A stretch of DNA of 62,969 nt, counting the filler, from Octopus bimaculoides (lineage: Eukaryota), in NCBI RefSeq assembly GCF_001194135.2. It is 6 parts of 6 records of this genome, joined end to end, with 100 filler letters (N's around TTAATTAATTAA, not from the genome) between each part and the next. Parts side by side here need not be neighbours in the genome. Positions count along the whole stretch, not along the records: positions 6,997 to 20,373 come from NC_068999.1; positions 20,474 to 28,988 come from NC_068989.1; 4 more parts are not named here. One strand, written 5' to 3'. Positions within the stretch are counted from its first letter, which is position 1. Each line of letters opens with the position of its first letter. Of this stretch, positions 12,827-26,053 are shown one piece after another. The position numbers and the translations under genes were made by a program. The notes beneath the pieces were generated by a model. The model saw nothing but the letters and a program-made list of their open reading frames with translations. It was not told the origin of the DNA and did no database searches.

Positions 12827-13369
12827 AATAATAATAATAATAATGTATATATCAGGGAGAGAAAAAGCAGTCCATATGTTTTGTACAAATATTGTTCTCC
12901 TGTGGTGTGCTCAGATATTACAATTATGAACGGAAATAAAGAAGCACACACACACACACACACNNNNNNNNNNTTGTATATGTATGCATATATATACATA
13001 TATGTATAAATTGTGTGTATTTCCATATATGGCTTTTCATCAATAATTGTAACGAGATATATTTATAGTTACCTGTCTTTCTCTTTCTTCACTCCCTCCT
13101 CTTCTCCCCCATTCTCTCTCTCTCTCTCTCACTCTTTCTTTCTCCCGGCACATTTACATAAAGAAAGAGAAATACATACTCACACATATATACATATAAA
13201 CAAATATATATACACACACACACACACTCAGACTTACATGTATGCATACAAATTCATACATATCTATATTCGCACATGCATGCATACACACACATATACA
13301 TATATTTATATAAATAGGTGTGTATATATATATACATACATACATATATATATATATAATAGTTGTGTT

Positions 13370-13404
<35 letters not shown>

Positions 13405-13414
13405 GATGTGTGTG

Positions 13415-13460
<46 letters not shown>

Positions 13461-15149
13461 AACACTCATATATTTATATATACACGTGCGCTCGCTTGTT
13501 CATATCTATATTCCTTTTTGGTATGTATTATTTATGGATATATATATATATACATGCACACACACGTGTGTGTTTTTATGTATTTACATACACACACACG
13601 TATATATATATACATACACATGTATGTATATTTAATGCAATCCAATTCAATTTATTGTCATCTCATACAAAGTACAGTACAATGTAGACATTATACATGT
13701 GTATGTGCGTAGAAATTACGAGCTGAAGCTCATTAATGCGTGTGTAAGTGCACGCTTGTGTATGTATGTATGTATGTATGTATGTGAGTGCGGTCTTGTG
13801 TCTCTCTGCCTTGTGTGTTCGTGTGACTAGTACTACGTTCGTGTGTGTGTGTGTGTGTNNNNNNNNNNNNNNNNNNNNNNNNNNNNNNNNNNNNNNNNNN
13901 NNNNNNNNNNNNNNNNNNNNNNNNNNNNNNNNNNNNNNNNNNNNNNNNNNNNNNNNNNNNNNNNNNNNNNNNNNNNNNNNNNNNNNNNNNNNNNNNNNNN
14001 NNNNNNNNNNNNNNNNNNNNNNNNNNNNNNNNNNNNNNNNNNNNNNNNNNNNNNNNNNNNNNNNNNNNNNNNNNNNNNNNNNNNNNNNNNNNNNNNNNNN
14101 NNNNNNNNNNNNNNNNNNNNNNNNNNNNNNNNNNNNNNNNNNNNNNNNNNNNNNNNNNNNNNNNNNNNNNNNNNNNNNNNNNNNNNNNNNNNNNNNNNNN
14201 NNNNNNNNNNNNNNNNNNNNNNNNNNNNNNNNNNNNNNNNNNNNNNNNNNNNNNNNNNNNNNNNNNNNNNNNNNNNNNNNNNNNNNNNNNNNNNNNNNNN
14301 NNNNNNNNNNNNNNNNNNNNNNNNNNNNNNNNNNNNNNNNNNNNNNNNNNNNNNNNNNNNNNNNNNNNNNNNNNNNNNNNNNNNNNNNNNNNNNNNNNNN
14401 NNNNNNNNNNNNNNNNNNNNNNNNNNNNNNNNNNNNNNNNNNNNNNNNNNNNNNNNNNNNNNNNNNNNNNNNNNNNNNNNNNNNGGTGGTGGTGGTTTTG
14501 TTTAGTGACTCTGATCGAGTAAGCTTATATACCAAGCGTGACCATCGCGTTTGCCTAAGAATACCTAGGAGTACGTTATATATTGTTTATTTTCCAGTGT
14601 TTTTCTAAAGATAAAAACTGGTGCTCTGAAGAGGGCTTTTAGCTGCTATTTTTAGAATCTGGAACGACCAAGTTGACGCATATCGTTAGAGCGTCGTTGC
14701 GGTATTTCTTCCGACTCTTTGCATTCTGTGTTCAAATTCCACTACGGTAAATCTTACTTTGATTTCCTCTGGGGTTGCTTTTGTAAAGGACTGGCCTATT
14801 AGTAGGGTTGACAGTCTCGATTTGCTAACTTTGTGCATCCCCCTCCATATTGTCCTGTGCCGTCCTCGATATTTTTGTCAGCTCCTTATTGGTTGATTAA
14901 AATAATAATTAAAAAAGAACACTATTCATTTTCCTCTTCGTCCAAGCCTTCATCTATTTCTGCATTCTACGTACCAGACAATTTTTGATATCTTGGCATC
15001 TGAAACTGCTGGAGATACAATAGTTTGACCAAAAGAACCGGCTATTGCAAAAATAAATATTGAAAAAAAAAAACCCGCATTAAGTCAAATTTGGACATAT
15101 GCTAGTTTAACATAATAGAAACGATATACATATCATCCCGGTCAAGCAC

Positions 15150-15180
<31 letters not shown>

Positions 15181-15212
15181 CATACATACATACATACATA
15201 CATACATACATA

Positions 15213-15346
15213 CAGCGTCGTGGCACTCCGTCGGTTACGATGACGAGGATTCCAGTTGATCCGATCAACGGAACAGCCTGCTCGTGAAATGAACGTGCAA
15301 ATGGCTGAGCACTCCACAGACACGTGTACCCCTTAACGTAGTTCTC
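15213..15346 (-). mobile_element. SINE family D 3' part, tail running into (TATG)n
   Basis: Matches 5430-5560. Confidence 0.75.
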
Positions 15347-16872
15347 NNNNNNNNNNNNNNNNNNNNNNNNNNNNNNNNNNNNNNNNNNNNNNNNNNNNNN
15401 NNNNNNNNNNNNNNNNNNNNNNNNNNNNNNNNNNNNNNNNNNNNNNNNNNNNNNNNNNNNNNNNNNNNNNNNNNNNNNNNNNNNNNNNNNNNNNNNNNNN
15501 NNNNNNNNNNNNNNNNNNNNNNNNNNNNNNNNNNNNNNNNNNNNNNNNNNNNNNNNNNNNNNNNNNNNNNNNNNNNNNNNNNNNNNNNNNNNNNNNNNNN
15601 NNNNNNNNNNNNNNNNNNNNNNNNNNNNNNNNNNNNNNNNNNNNNNNNNNNNNNNNNNNNNNNNNNNNNNNNNNNNNNNNNNNNNNNNNNNNNNNNNNNN
15701 NNNNNNNNNNNNNNNNNNNNNNNNNNNNNNNNNNNNNNNNNNNNNNNNNNNNNNNNNNNNNNNNNNNNNNNNNNNNNNNNNNNNNNNNNNNNNNNNNNNN
15801 NNNNNNNNNNNNNNNNNNNNNNNNNNNNNNNNNNNNNNNNNNNNNNNNNNNNNNNNNNNNNNNNNNNNNNNNNNNNNNNNNNNNNNNNNNNNNNNNNNNN
15901 NNNNNNNNNNNNNNNNNTATATACATACAAACACATACATACATACATACATACATGCGTGCGTACGTACGTGCGTGCGTACGTACATACACACATATAC
16001 GATACCCATATACACTACATACAAATACAGGTGAACCTCAGCATATACGCAACTTGTGTTACCGCTTCGTATAAAACCAATTACTTGTATACAACACTGA
16101 CAGAACATATTGAAACAGTCTAAGTGGAATGATTCCATGCCAAATACTTAACTGCAGACATTGTAGCACTTCGCCAAACTAACACCTTCGAGAACTTGCT
16201 AGAAAACCAGCGAAAAATAAACAAAAAAAACAACAACAAAAGAAAACCAAACAAAACTCAGTGTGTATGTGTGTGTGTGTGTGTGTGTAACAGAGGAAAA
16301 TGTATGTGTTTGCTGTTTACAAGTATTGTAGAGATTTGTATATACATTTTTGTATATTTGTAAAATTCAGAAAATGCATATTTGACACAAAATCTTATAG
16401 CTTATGTATATATGTTATTTGAGTATCACTCACACACGCAGACAAACACACACACGCGCACATACACACACACACATACACACACACACACACACACATA
16501 TTGGGAGTGTGACAGGTAAAATGCACGCTACATATGTTTCTTATCTATCTGAAACTCGCGATGCAATTATTAAGCAGCATGTTACACTCAACGTAGCTAA
16601 CCGCCTAGCTGTGATTATCTTAATTACATGAAGGTTACATCGTGTCGCCCGGAATTTCTAAGTCGGCCACACCACAGTGGTGAGTTCAGTATATATATAT
16701 GTGACGGTGGTGGTGGTGGTGGTGGTGGTGGTGGTGGTGATGATAACGATGAGAGTAGTTGTAATGATGGAGATGAATGTGGCGATGATACAGGTGGTGG
16801 TGGTGGTGGTGGTGAACACAAGTTGATGAAGTTCATGCTAACAACGATGATGATGAAGGTCATGTTGACAAC

Positions 16873-16930
<58 letters not shown>

Positions 16931-17648
16931 AGTTGTGTTAACACAAGTTCGATCTCTGTTTTTCGTAAATGTTTAATAATCACTTCCAGTCCTTCTTCGC
17001 AATTTCGGACAAAACACCTGAACAGGTGTTGTTTTGCAACCACTCCCATCGCTATTTATCGATTCATTTCCATCTACCAACTGACTTCAAGTTTTATTTC
17101 CTGAGTTCAAAACTTATAAAACCTTGAAAAAGAGGCGCCATTTTTCACACTTATATCAACACTAAGACTTCTCACAAGACCCAACCACTTCGCCTGATCA
17201 CGTGATATTTTTTTGCACAGGGCACTGGAAAAAGATGAAGCTATCATGTAATTTTGCATCAGTACAGATGAAAAATATCACGTGGTAATGAACACATGCA
17301 AAGGTGTCACCTTGTCTAATGTCCCTTCACCCACCTCTTTTTGGCAAGCAATCAAATCTCAATGTTCAGCTAACTATTCATATTTTGATGTATTTGTTTG
17401 TATGTTGTGATGTTACGATCATCAATCATTTGAACAATCGGAAACATGAAGCTCAGTTACGATTGCAAGAGAGAGCCACGTTTGAAGAAGCTTTATCTTC
17501 TAATAAAATATGCACACTTTATAATATCTATTAGATATAGAACGATTTTCTACCCTGTGCGTAAACGCAAAAGTATTTCGCAATATACATAAAACATACA
17601 CGCTCACACATACATACATACAGACATATACACACGCACACATATTTG

Positions 17649-17691
<43 letters not shown>

Positions 17692-19059
17692 GTGTGTGTA
17701 ATGACTTCACCTTTCATTTATGACAAGATGAATGCAATATAATTGTATCGCTGGTACCAGGCAATGAACTAGTGTTGATATCATCACTCAATTGCCTTTG
17801 AAGGTACTGCCCCAGCATGGCCGTAATCGGGTGATTGAAAAGCAGTCAATGAATGAAATAATATAAGATGTGAACCTAGAGCAAACCACAACCCCGTGAT
17901 TTTGGCTTATGAAACTGTATCTTCCAGGTNNNNNNNNNNNNNNNNNNNNNNNNNNNNNNNNNNNNNNNNNNNNNNNNNNNNNNNNNNNNNNNNNNNNNNN
18001 NNNNNNNNNNNNNNNNNNNNNNNNNNNNNATATGTATGTGTGTTGGGATGTGTGTATGTGTGTGTTGAGATGTGTGTATGTGTGTATTGGGCTGTGTGTG
18101 TGTGTGTCGGTATGTGTGTATGCGTGTGTGTGTGTGTGCATGTGTGTGTTGGATGTGTGGGTTGGGATGTGCGAGTGTGTGTGTGTTGGGATGTGCGTGT
18201 GTGTGTGTGTTTTGACGTGACTAAGCCTTGTCCGAATTCTTGAGATATAAGAGAGCAATTGTCTTGGAAATGTTTTAATGATTCTATTGTGTTTGGTGCT
18301 GTCGCGACACCGCCCCCACCACCACTTTGCACGCCACTACCACCGCTACCACCACTAACACCACTACTATCGCTATTATAAGTACAATGACAACCACTTC
18401 TATTATCACCTCAGCACGCCGTCACTACTACTACTACTACTACTACCACTACCATCTCCTCAGATTCTACTTCAAATACTACCATTACTACCACCACCAC
18501 TGCTACTTGGACTACCACCAACAACAATAACCACATCAACAACAAACCTACCACTCATTCCATCGCTGCTCGAAGGCTTTTAGTCAGATCTGATTCTTCA
18601 TGTTGTTTTAGAAGACAACGATTTTACAGTTAACAGCCCAACACCAGTATAAGAAACACTAGGTGGTTGTTCGATCTACATGAAATGGCAGCCAAATCTG
18701 CTTCAAATCACATCCTGCATTTTGATAAAGCAAATATGATTAGGTCCCAAAAAAAAAGAATGAAAGAAAAAAACATGGATCTAGGTTTGAATTTTTGCCT
18801 ATGGGTTTTCGGTTGTTCAACCGTCTGAACTACTAAAAATTTATTTGCGTCACGCTGATTCGTGCTAAGAATCTCGTCACGGTGCCAAGTGACTGCGGGA
18901 TATTCAACCACTTACACTTTGATTCCACACGTAAAAAATTAGTTGGTCATACGTGTGGAATGGTTATCGTTGAAGCCAACAAATAATTCCCCACGATTTA
19001 GTCTCGTCACTGAAGAGACCAAATTAATTCGAAACAGTGTGTCTAACCATTCTCGCTCT

Positions 19060-19378
19060 GAGAAGGCGCGCAGCTTAGCGGTCAGGGTACTCAGATTACG
19101 ATCGGAAGGTTTTGAGTTCGATTCCCGGCGGCGCGTTGTATCTTTGAGCAAGTCAATTTATTTCCCGTTGCTCCAGTTCTCTCATCTGGCAAAAATAAAT
19201 TGTACTTGTATTTCAAAGGGCCAGCCTTGTCCCATTCAGTGTGCTACGCTGAATGTTCCTGAGAACTACGTGAAGCGTACTCGTGTCTGCCCATCCACTT
19301 GCACGTTAATTTCACATCACAGGCCGTTCCGTTGATCGGATCGACTAAAACGCTTACCGTCGTAACCGACGAGAGCTA
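19060..19378 (+). mobile_element. SINE family D-related copy
   Basis: Head with GAGTTCGATTCCC B box; body TCAAAGGGCCAGCCTTGTC...GAGAACTACG...CCGTTGATCGGATCGAC as in the reverse complement of 5420-5812. Confidence 0.7.
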
Positions 19379-20159
19379 CATTTTCTTTTCATATTTCTTT
19401 TCATTTACACTGAGGAGACTAAATCAGGTCAAAACTGTCTGGCGATCCACTGGTATTCTGAGCGAATCTCCCTAGTTTTGGGGAGCTTTTTTTTCCCCTT
19501 TTAGTCTGAGAGCAAATATAACAGCCAATTTCTTTTCACATTTGTATACACATTCTAAATATTTTAATCATACTGGTATACTAATTTATGGCCAAATTCT
19601 AATTATGCGATATATGCAGCTCTGTAACAAAAATATCAATACAGTATACTTGATGTATGTGTATGATTTAAACGCCAGAAGTTGTATCAAGTTCGTATAT
19701 AAAAGACTGAGTGCAGCGGCAATGTTCTTGGCAATTCTTATTCCTAGTATTTTTGGTGTTAAATGTGTGATGTCTTCAAGAGTTGATGAGTCAGATAGCA
19801 ATCGTATTTGATGTTTTGTTTTGTTTAGGAGATAGCGGAAACTGGTAGGTGTTTCTTTGAATGTATGTATTTTTGAAGCCACGTGTCTTGAAGATGATTG
19901 ATGTGCAGTTGGAGCAGTTGTGCAGCTATGACTGAGGAATGTCGGGAAGAGATAACGGTGAAGTCACTCGAGTACGATGCTGTTTGTGTATGTTTTACTG
20001 AGGTTGTGAGGTGAAGGTGAGAAGATGGAATCTTGATGGAATTCGTTTGGGAAATTAGTTTCGAGATACGTTTTATTTTATATTTACATAAACTTAGTAA
20101 CCAGGAAGAAAGTTCGATGGCATTAGCGCGTCGAACAAAATGCTTTGCAACATTTCTCC

Positions 20160-20306
20160 TTATTTACATTATTTACATTTGACGGATATTTGTTCTCATC
20201 TTGTTTGTTGTTAACACAACGTTTCGGCTGATATACCCTCCAGCCTTCATCAGGTGTCTTGAGGAAATTTCGAACCTGGGTTCTCATTCTTAAGATATTT
20301 TTCGAT
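20160..20306 (-). mobile_element. ~150 bp hammerhead-carrying element, copy 2
   Basis: Reverse complement of 10358-10506; (AAT)n lies on its 5' side (20320-20373). Confidence 0.8.
20213..20258 (-). ncRNA. Minimal type I hammerhead ribozyme
   Basis: All 46 nt identical to 10407-10452. Confidence 0.75.
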
Positions 20307-20313
20307 GGTGTTG

Positions 20314-20373
<60 letters not shown>

Positions 20374-20473
20374 NNNNNNNNNNNNNNNNNNNNNNNNNNN
20401 NNNNNNNNNNNNNNNNNTTAATTAATTAANNNNNNNNNNNNNNNNNNNNNNNNNNNNNNNNNNNNNNNNNNNN

Positions 20474-21509
20474 CATCGTCTCCGCCTGTAACTGCCCCAC
20501 CGAGTTTATCTCCAAATACCTGGACGGTGTCCTTGCCCCACCTAGTGGCTTCTCTCCCTTCTCACATCCATGACACCAACCAGGCACTTCGTTTGTTCAA
20601 TTCTTTCTCCTTCCCTCCTGGCCCCTCTAAACTTCTCTTCACTCTCGTCATCCGAGCCTTTACACGGTGATCCCACACGACGAGGGGTTGCATGCACTCA
20701 AACATTTCCTTGACCTCGGACCCAACCCCCAACTCGACACCTCCACACTCATTCGTCTGGCCGAACTTATCCTCTCACTCAACAGCTTCTCGTTCGCGGG
20801 CGATTTCTGGTCCCATTTCCGAACTATATGGCCGTTATATTGACGACTGTATCGGTGCAATCTCACTTTCCCGTGAATATTTAGACTCCTTCCTCTCTTT
20901 TGTCAAATCTTTCCATCCTGCTCTCCACTTCTCCTGCACTATCTCTGACACCTCTGTCTCCTTTCTAGACATTTCGGTCAGCATTCATCACCCCACTCTT
21001 ACCACCTCCATCCACTACAAACACACAGACTCACACTCATACCTCAACTTTTCCTCCTCCCACTCTAAACACACCAAGCTTTCCATTCCCTATTCCTAAT
21101 TTCTCCGTCTACGCAGACACTGTAGTGACGACCATGATTTTGAGACTCAGTCTCAACTAATTGCTCGCCACTTCATCCTACGTGGATATCCCCTCACCAC
21201 TAAGCACACCGCCCTTGCCAGAGCATGTTCCATGGACCATGCATCTGCTCTCTTGCCCCCGAACCACATGGGTTCAACTCTCCTCCCCTTTTCATCTAAC
21301 CTCCTTCCCTTGCTTCTCTCCCTCTCACACTTACCTCCTCCCACCCACCTCTCTTCTCTTGCTCCGACTTCTACTTCTCTTCACCCCTACTCTCTTTTTC
21401 TCTTCTCTCATACCCACCTTCCCTTCCCCCTTCATCGTCAACCCTCCCTCATAAGCCCACTCCACCCCTACACATTCCTACCCCACCTTCCCTATCCTTC
21501 CCATCCCAC
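20474..21509 (+). pseudogene. Penelope-like reverse transcriptase relic with frameshifts and an internal deletion
   Basis: IVSACNCPTEFISKYLD, LYTVIPHDEG, LIRLAELILSLNSFSFAG, YGRYIDDC, VSFLDI, YKHTDSHSYL, SIPYS*FLRLRRHCSD. The expected MG...GP segment before YIDD is missing. Confidence 0.85.
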
Positions 21510-23814
21510 NNNNNNNNNNNNNNNNNNNNNNNNNNNNNNNNNNNNNNNNNNNNNNNNNNNNNNNNNNNNNNNNNNNNNNNNNNNNNNNNNNNNNNNNNNN
21601 NNNNNNNNNNNNNNNNNNNNNNNNNNNNNNNNNNNNNNNNNNNNNNNNNNNNNNNNNNNNNNNNNNNNNNNNNNNNNNNNNNNNNNNNNNNNNNNNNNNN
21701 NNNNNNNNNNNNNNNNNNNNNNNNNNNNNNNNNNNNNNNNNNNNNNNNNNNNNNNNNNNNNNNNNNNNNNNNNNNNNNNNNNNNNNNNNNNNNNNNNNNN
21801 NNNNNNNNNNNNNNNNNNNNNNNNNNNNNNNNNNNNNNNNNNNNNNNNNNNNNNNNNNNNNNNNNNNNNNNNNNNNNNNNNNNNNNNNNNNNNNNNNNNN
21901 NNNNNNNNNNNNNNNNNNNNNNNNNNNNNNNNNNNNNNNNNNNNNNNNNNNNNNNNNNNNNNNNNNNNNNNNNNNNNNNNNNNNNNNNNNNNNNNNNNNN
22001 NNNNNNNNNNNNNNNNNNNNNNNNNNNNNNNNNNNNNNNNNNNNNNNNNNNNNNNNNNNNNNNNNNNNNNNNNNNNNNNNNNNNNNNNNNNNNNNNNNNN
22101 NNNNNNNNNNNNNNNNNNNNNNNNNNNNNNNNNNNNNNNNNNNNNNNNNNNNNNNNNNNNNNNNNNNNNNNNNNNNNNNNNNNNNNNNNNNNNNNNNNNN
22201 NNCTTTTGTGTGTTTTTTTATTCTCCCTATATATATATATATAACATAGTGTACTGCGCTGCTCCTGTTTTAACATAATTACCTAAAGTTAACCGGTCCA
22301 TCAAACTAGTTACGTATATTGACGATAGACACAATACAGTGTTTGTTGACAGCATAAACACTTCTAATCTTTTAGACGATTGTACGGTACGCTGTCTTCT
22401 TGTTCATTCACACTTCCATACGAAATACAATGTGTAATTCTTCACCGGTTGTCGCATTTGTGTTCTTCTGTCAAAGTGACGATGCCCACCTATTCAACCT
22501 TAAGGATGACGGATGACTTGGGCAGTGACTTTGATCAAAGGGAAGGAGCGTGGTGCACCGTCAACTTCATCTCTTGTCTCTGACCAACTTAAATCATTTG
22601 TTAGACCAGTTCAAGACGACTGGAGATAGAGAGGGATGCAGTGGATGATTAACATGGCTTCATTTTGTTCCCTGCACACCACAATGCGTTGTTATAGTCT
22701 CCTTCCTTTCCCTTGAATCATAAGGGCTCCTTACCCCGAGTCCATCGGATCCAGTCTTCAAATCCAGTCTTCATATGCTAATATGCTAATATACTAATTT
22801 CCTCATGGCTGAGACCCTGACAGGTGCTACTACTCTGTGTCAGAGTAAGCATGGGAACAATACTGGATAAGAAATGGTTCCACACTCCTTAAAACTCTGG
22901 GATTCCTAGACCAAGGCCCCACTAACGAATGCAATTTAAAGTTATACCCTGGTCTGGTATATAACAAGAGGAGATTGAACTATACATTGATACATCCTCA
23001 CTGATTCTATTGATTGAGTTTGAGAGATAACGTACCAATCTAAAATTCAAATATGAATAGTTCTTATCACTTCTATGACATAAACTGCATCTAGAAAATA
23101 CACCTAAACCACGAGGGTTAACGGTTACTTGGTGTGTTTTATAACTTATTTCAAGTTTTGGCTCATATTTGCTTCCTTAAAGCATTTCTTTATTAACATC
23201 GTCCAGCTGTCCTAGTTTTCCAAGTTAGCAAAGTTTAAAAAGCTCGCTATCATTTCTCCCCTCATTTTTTTATCCTAATCTGACCGGCTCTAGTTCATGC
23301 TCCATCCAGTGGGCTGCTCAAGATTTATTTTATGCTAGACTTTTACCTGTCATTTGATACGTAACTACACAAAATATACTTTTGCTATTAGGTGTACGAT
23401 CAGATAATATGACATATATGCAACTATTATAATTTATCTTTTATCGAATCAAATATTTTGGTACTTATGCAAAATCATGAAATGAATACAAATATTTCGA
23501 AGAAAAATATTTATTCTCTTTAAATGAATTAAAATTACCAAAACAGTGATGTGTATATTCATTTTTAATACCCTCCGGCGGATTCAGACTTAAATATGGT
23601 AATCGCTACTGTATTTTGTCTACTGAGAACAATTTATTTCTCATTTGTGTAACTCCTCCCATAAATATTCTGTCATTTAATCCTCGCTTTCTCCACTGTC
23701 TCTATGCTTCTTTCTCTTTCACTATGTGCAACGCTCTTTTAAATTGCATGCCACCAAGCCTAGTATATTCACTCACCATGCATTTCTTATGTTAACTCTG
23801 TATCTCTCTTATTT

Positions 23815-23848
<34 letters not shown>

Positions 23849-24711
23849 TCTTTTTCTCCCTCTTTCTATACGATGTAAAGTGTAACTGGAAATATCAATC
23901 AACCAACAGGTCAACCAACCGTTTACATCGACTATTATTGTATAGAGACTTAAATTAGTCAGAGGGGGGAAGAGCACGACCATTGGAAACAGTCCAAACA
24001 GGTGACGAAGTTGATGTGAGCTTGGTGGAAAAGTAGAGTTTTGTTTGTAGTGCTTTCAATAATTTCATAACCTAAGGCATCGACTTGACAGAATCATTAG
24101 CACGCCGGGCAAAATGCTTAGTGGCATTTCATTCGTCTTTATGTTCTAAGTTCGAGGTCACTTCGCATTTCATCCTTTCACGATCAAGTAAGCACTGGGA
24201 TTGATGTAATCGATTTATCCACTACTCTGAAATTGCTGGCCTTGTGCTAAAATTTGAAACCAATAATTTCTTAGCTAGTCACAATCTCACAAATGTGAGC
24301 AGTAACGATTAAATCAGTGCCTGTACTTATGGAGATATAGCTGCTATTTTTCACAGTTTGAGCGTATAGCCACTGTCACAGACTTATGAACTGGCTAGGA
24401 ATAAGGCTGTTTCCAGGACATAGGGACATGGCAGCTTTTTTTCCCTTTAATAGCCGGTTAAACCCCACTATAAATGCAAGGGATTGGAGGTAGTTTATAC
24501 CATTTAGAGGATTACACACGCATTTTGACCATTGTTTGTAATTTCTGACATAGATATTATTATGATTTCTAAATGTTTATGATTTTTGTAGTTTATTTAC
24601 AAGTCATAAATTATTGTCTTGTTTTCATGATAGTAACTTTGATACATTCGAAGGTACTTACTCACAAGCATATACACACAGTAATACATACATATTATTG
24701 TGTATGTATTA

Positions 24712-24745
<34 letters not shown>

Positions 24746-25523
24746 TTATANNNNNNNNNNNNNNNNNNNNNNNNNNNNNNNNNNNNNNNNNNNNNNNNNN
24801 NNNNNNNNNNNNNNNNNNNNNNNNNNNNNNNNNNNNNNNNNNNNNNNNNNNNNNNNNNNNNNNNNNNNNNNNNNNNNNNNNNNNNNNNNNNNNNNNNNNN
24901 NNNNNNNNNNNNNNNNNNNNNNNNNNNNNNNNNNNNNNNNNNNNNNNNNNNNNNNNNNNNNNNNNNNNNNNNNNNNNNNNNNNNNNNNNNNNNNNNNNNN
25001 NNNNNNNNNNNNNNNNNNNNNNNNNNNNNNNNNNNNNNNNNNNNNNNNNNNNNNNNNNNNNNNNNNNNNNNNNNNNNNNNNNNNNNNNNNNNNNNNNNNN
25101 NNNNNNNNNNNNNNNNNNNNNNNNNNNNNNNNNNNNNNNNNNNNNNNNNNNNNNNNNNNNNNNNNNNNNNNNNNNNNNNNNNNNNNNNNNNNNNNNNNNN
25201 NNNNNNNNNNNNNNNNNNNNNNNNNNNNNNNNNNNNNNNNNNNNNNNNNNNNNNNNNNNNNNNNNNNNNNNNNNNNNNNNNNNNNNNNNAAATGATTGGT
25301 TTATGCACAATTTATAATATAGTATAACGCGCGTGGTGCCAGCCATTGGCGGCTGTAAATTGATTTTATTAAACATTTAAATATAATATAAAATCAATCA
25401 TATCAAATGCTGTAGTTTTAAAATCAGAATTTTATTTTTCATCTACTGTTAACCTCAGAAATAAAATAAAAATAAAAATGAACTCTTGAAGACAGAGCGA
25501 AGAACAAACACCCACAAAACACA

Positions 25524-25575
<52 letters not shown>

Positions 25576-25654
25576 TTAATAATAATAGATATACGTACAT
25601 ATATACGAACGCACGCACGCGCGCACACACATATACAAACAAAAAGAGGATAAT

Positions 25655-25667
25655 TTTCGTATCCCAG
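25655..25667 (+). promoter_or_regulatory. Probable splice acceptor just upstream of the GPCR start codon
   Basis: TTTTCGTATCCCAG| lies 10 nt before the ATG at 25678, suggesting upstream 5' UTR exon(s). Confidence 0.45.
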
Positions 25668-25677
25668 GTCTTTAGCA

Positions 25678-26053
25678 ATGAATCTCACCGAGCATGGAAT
25701 ATTGGACGACAATGATGCTGAGTTTATCGACAGGGACCTAGGCAGTAATATTGTCTATAACAAAACTAGTAACTACACAGTGAAACGCATGCATCATGCT
25801 AGTTTCCAAAAAGAAATCCTTATCCCTCCATATATAGCTATTTTTCTTCTAGCTGTTGTCGGGAATTTACTTGTTATATTGACTCTTGTGCAAAACAAAC
25901 GCATGCGTACTGTCACCAATGTTTTTCTATTGAACTTGTCAATCAGTGATCTACTTTTGGCAGTCTTTTGTATGCCATTTACGCTGATACCAGTATTATT
26001 GCGGAACTTTATCTTTGGAGCTACAATGTGTGTACTTATACGCTACCTGCAAG
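25678..26053 (+). CDS. CCKR: First coding exon of a cholecystokinin/gastrin/sulfakinin-type neuropeptide receptor (class A GPCR): N-terminus, TM1, TM2, start of TM3
   Basis: GNLLVILTLVQNKRMRTVTNVFLLNLSISDLLLAVFCMPFTLIP..LRNFIFG..MC.LIRYLQG is typical of CCK receptors. N-glycosylation sequons at N2, N28, N32. Phase-1 donor CAAG|GTAAG at 26053/26054. The computed ORF beyond this point is intronic. Confidence 0.9.

Noticed and set aside
20213-21509. Hammerhead copy 2 as the inverted pLTR of the adjacent RT
   Set aside because: Separated by an AAT array and an artificial contig spacer, so linkage is not established.
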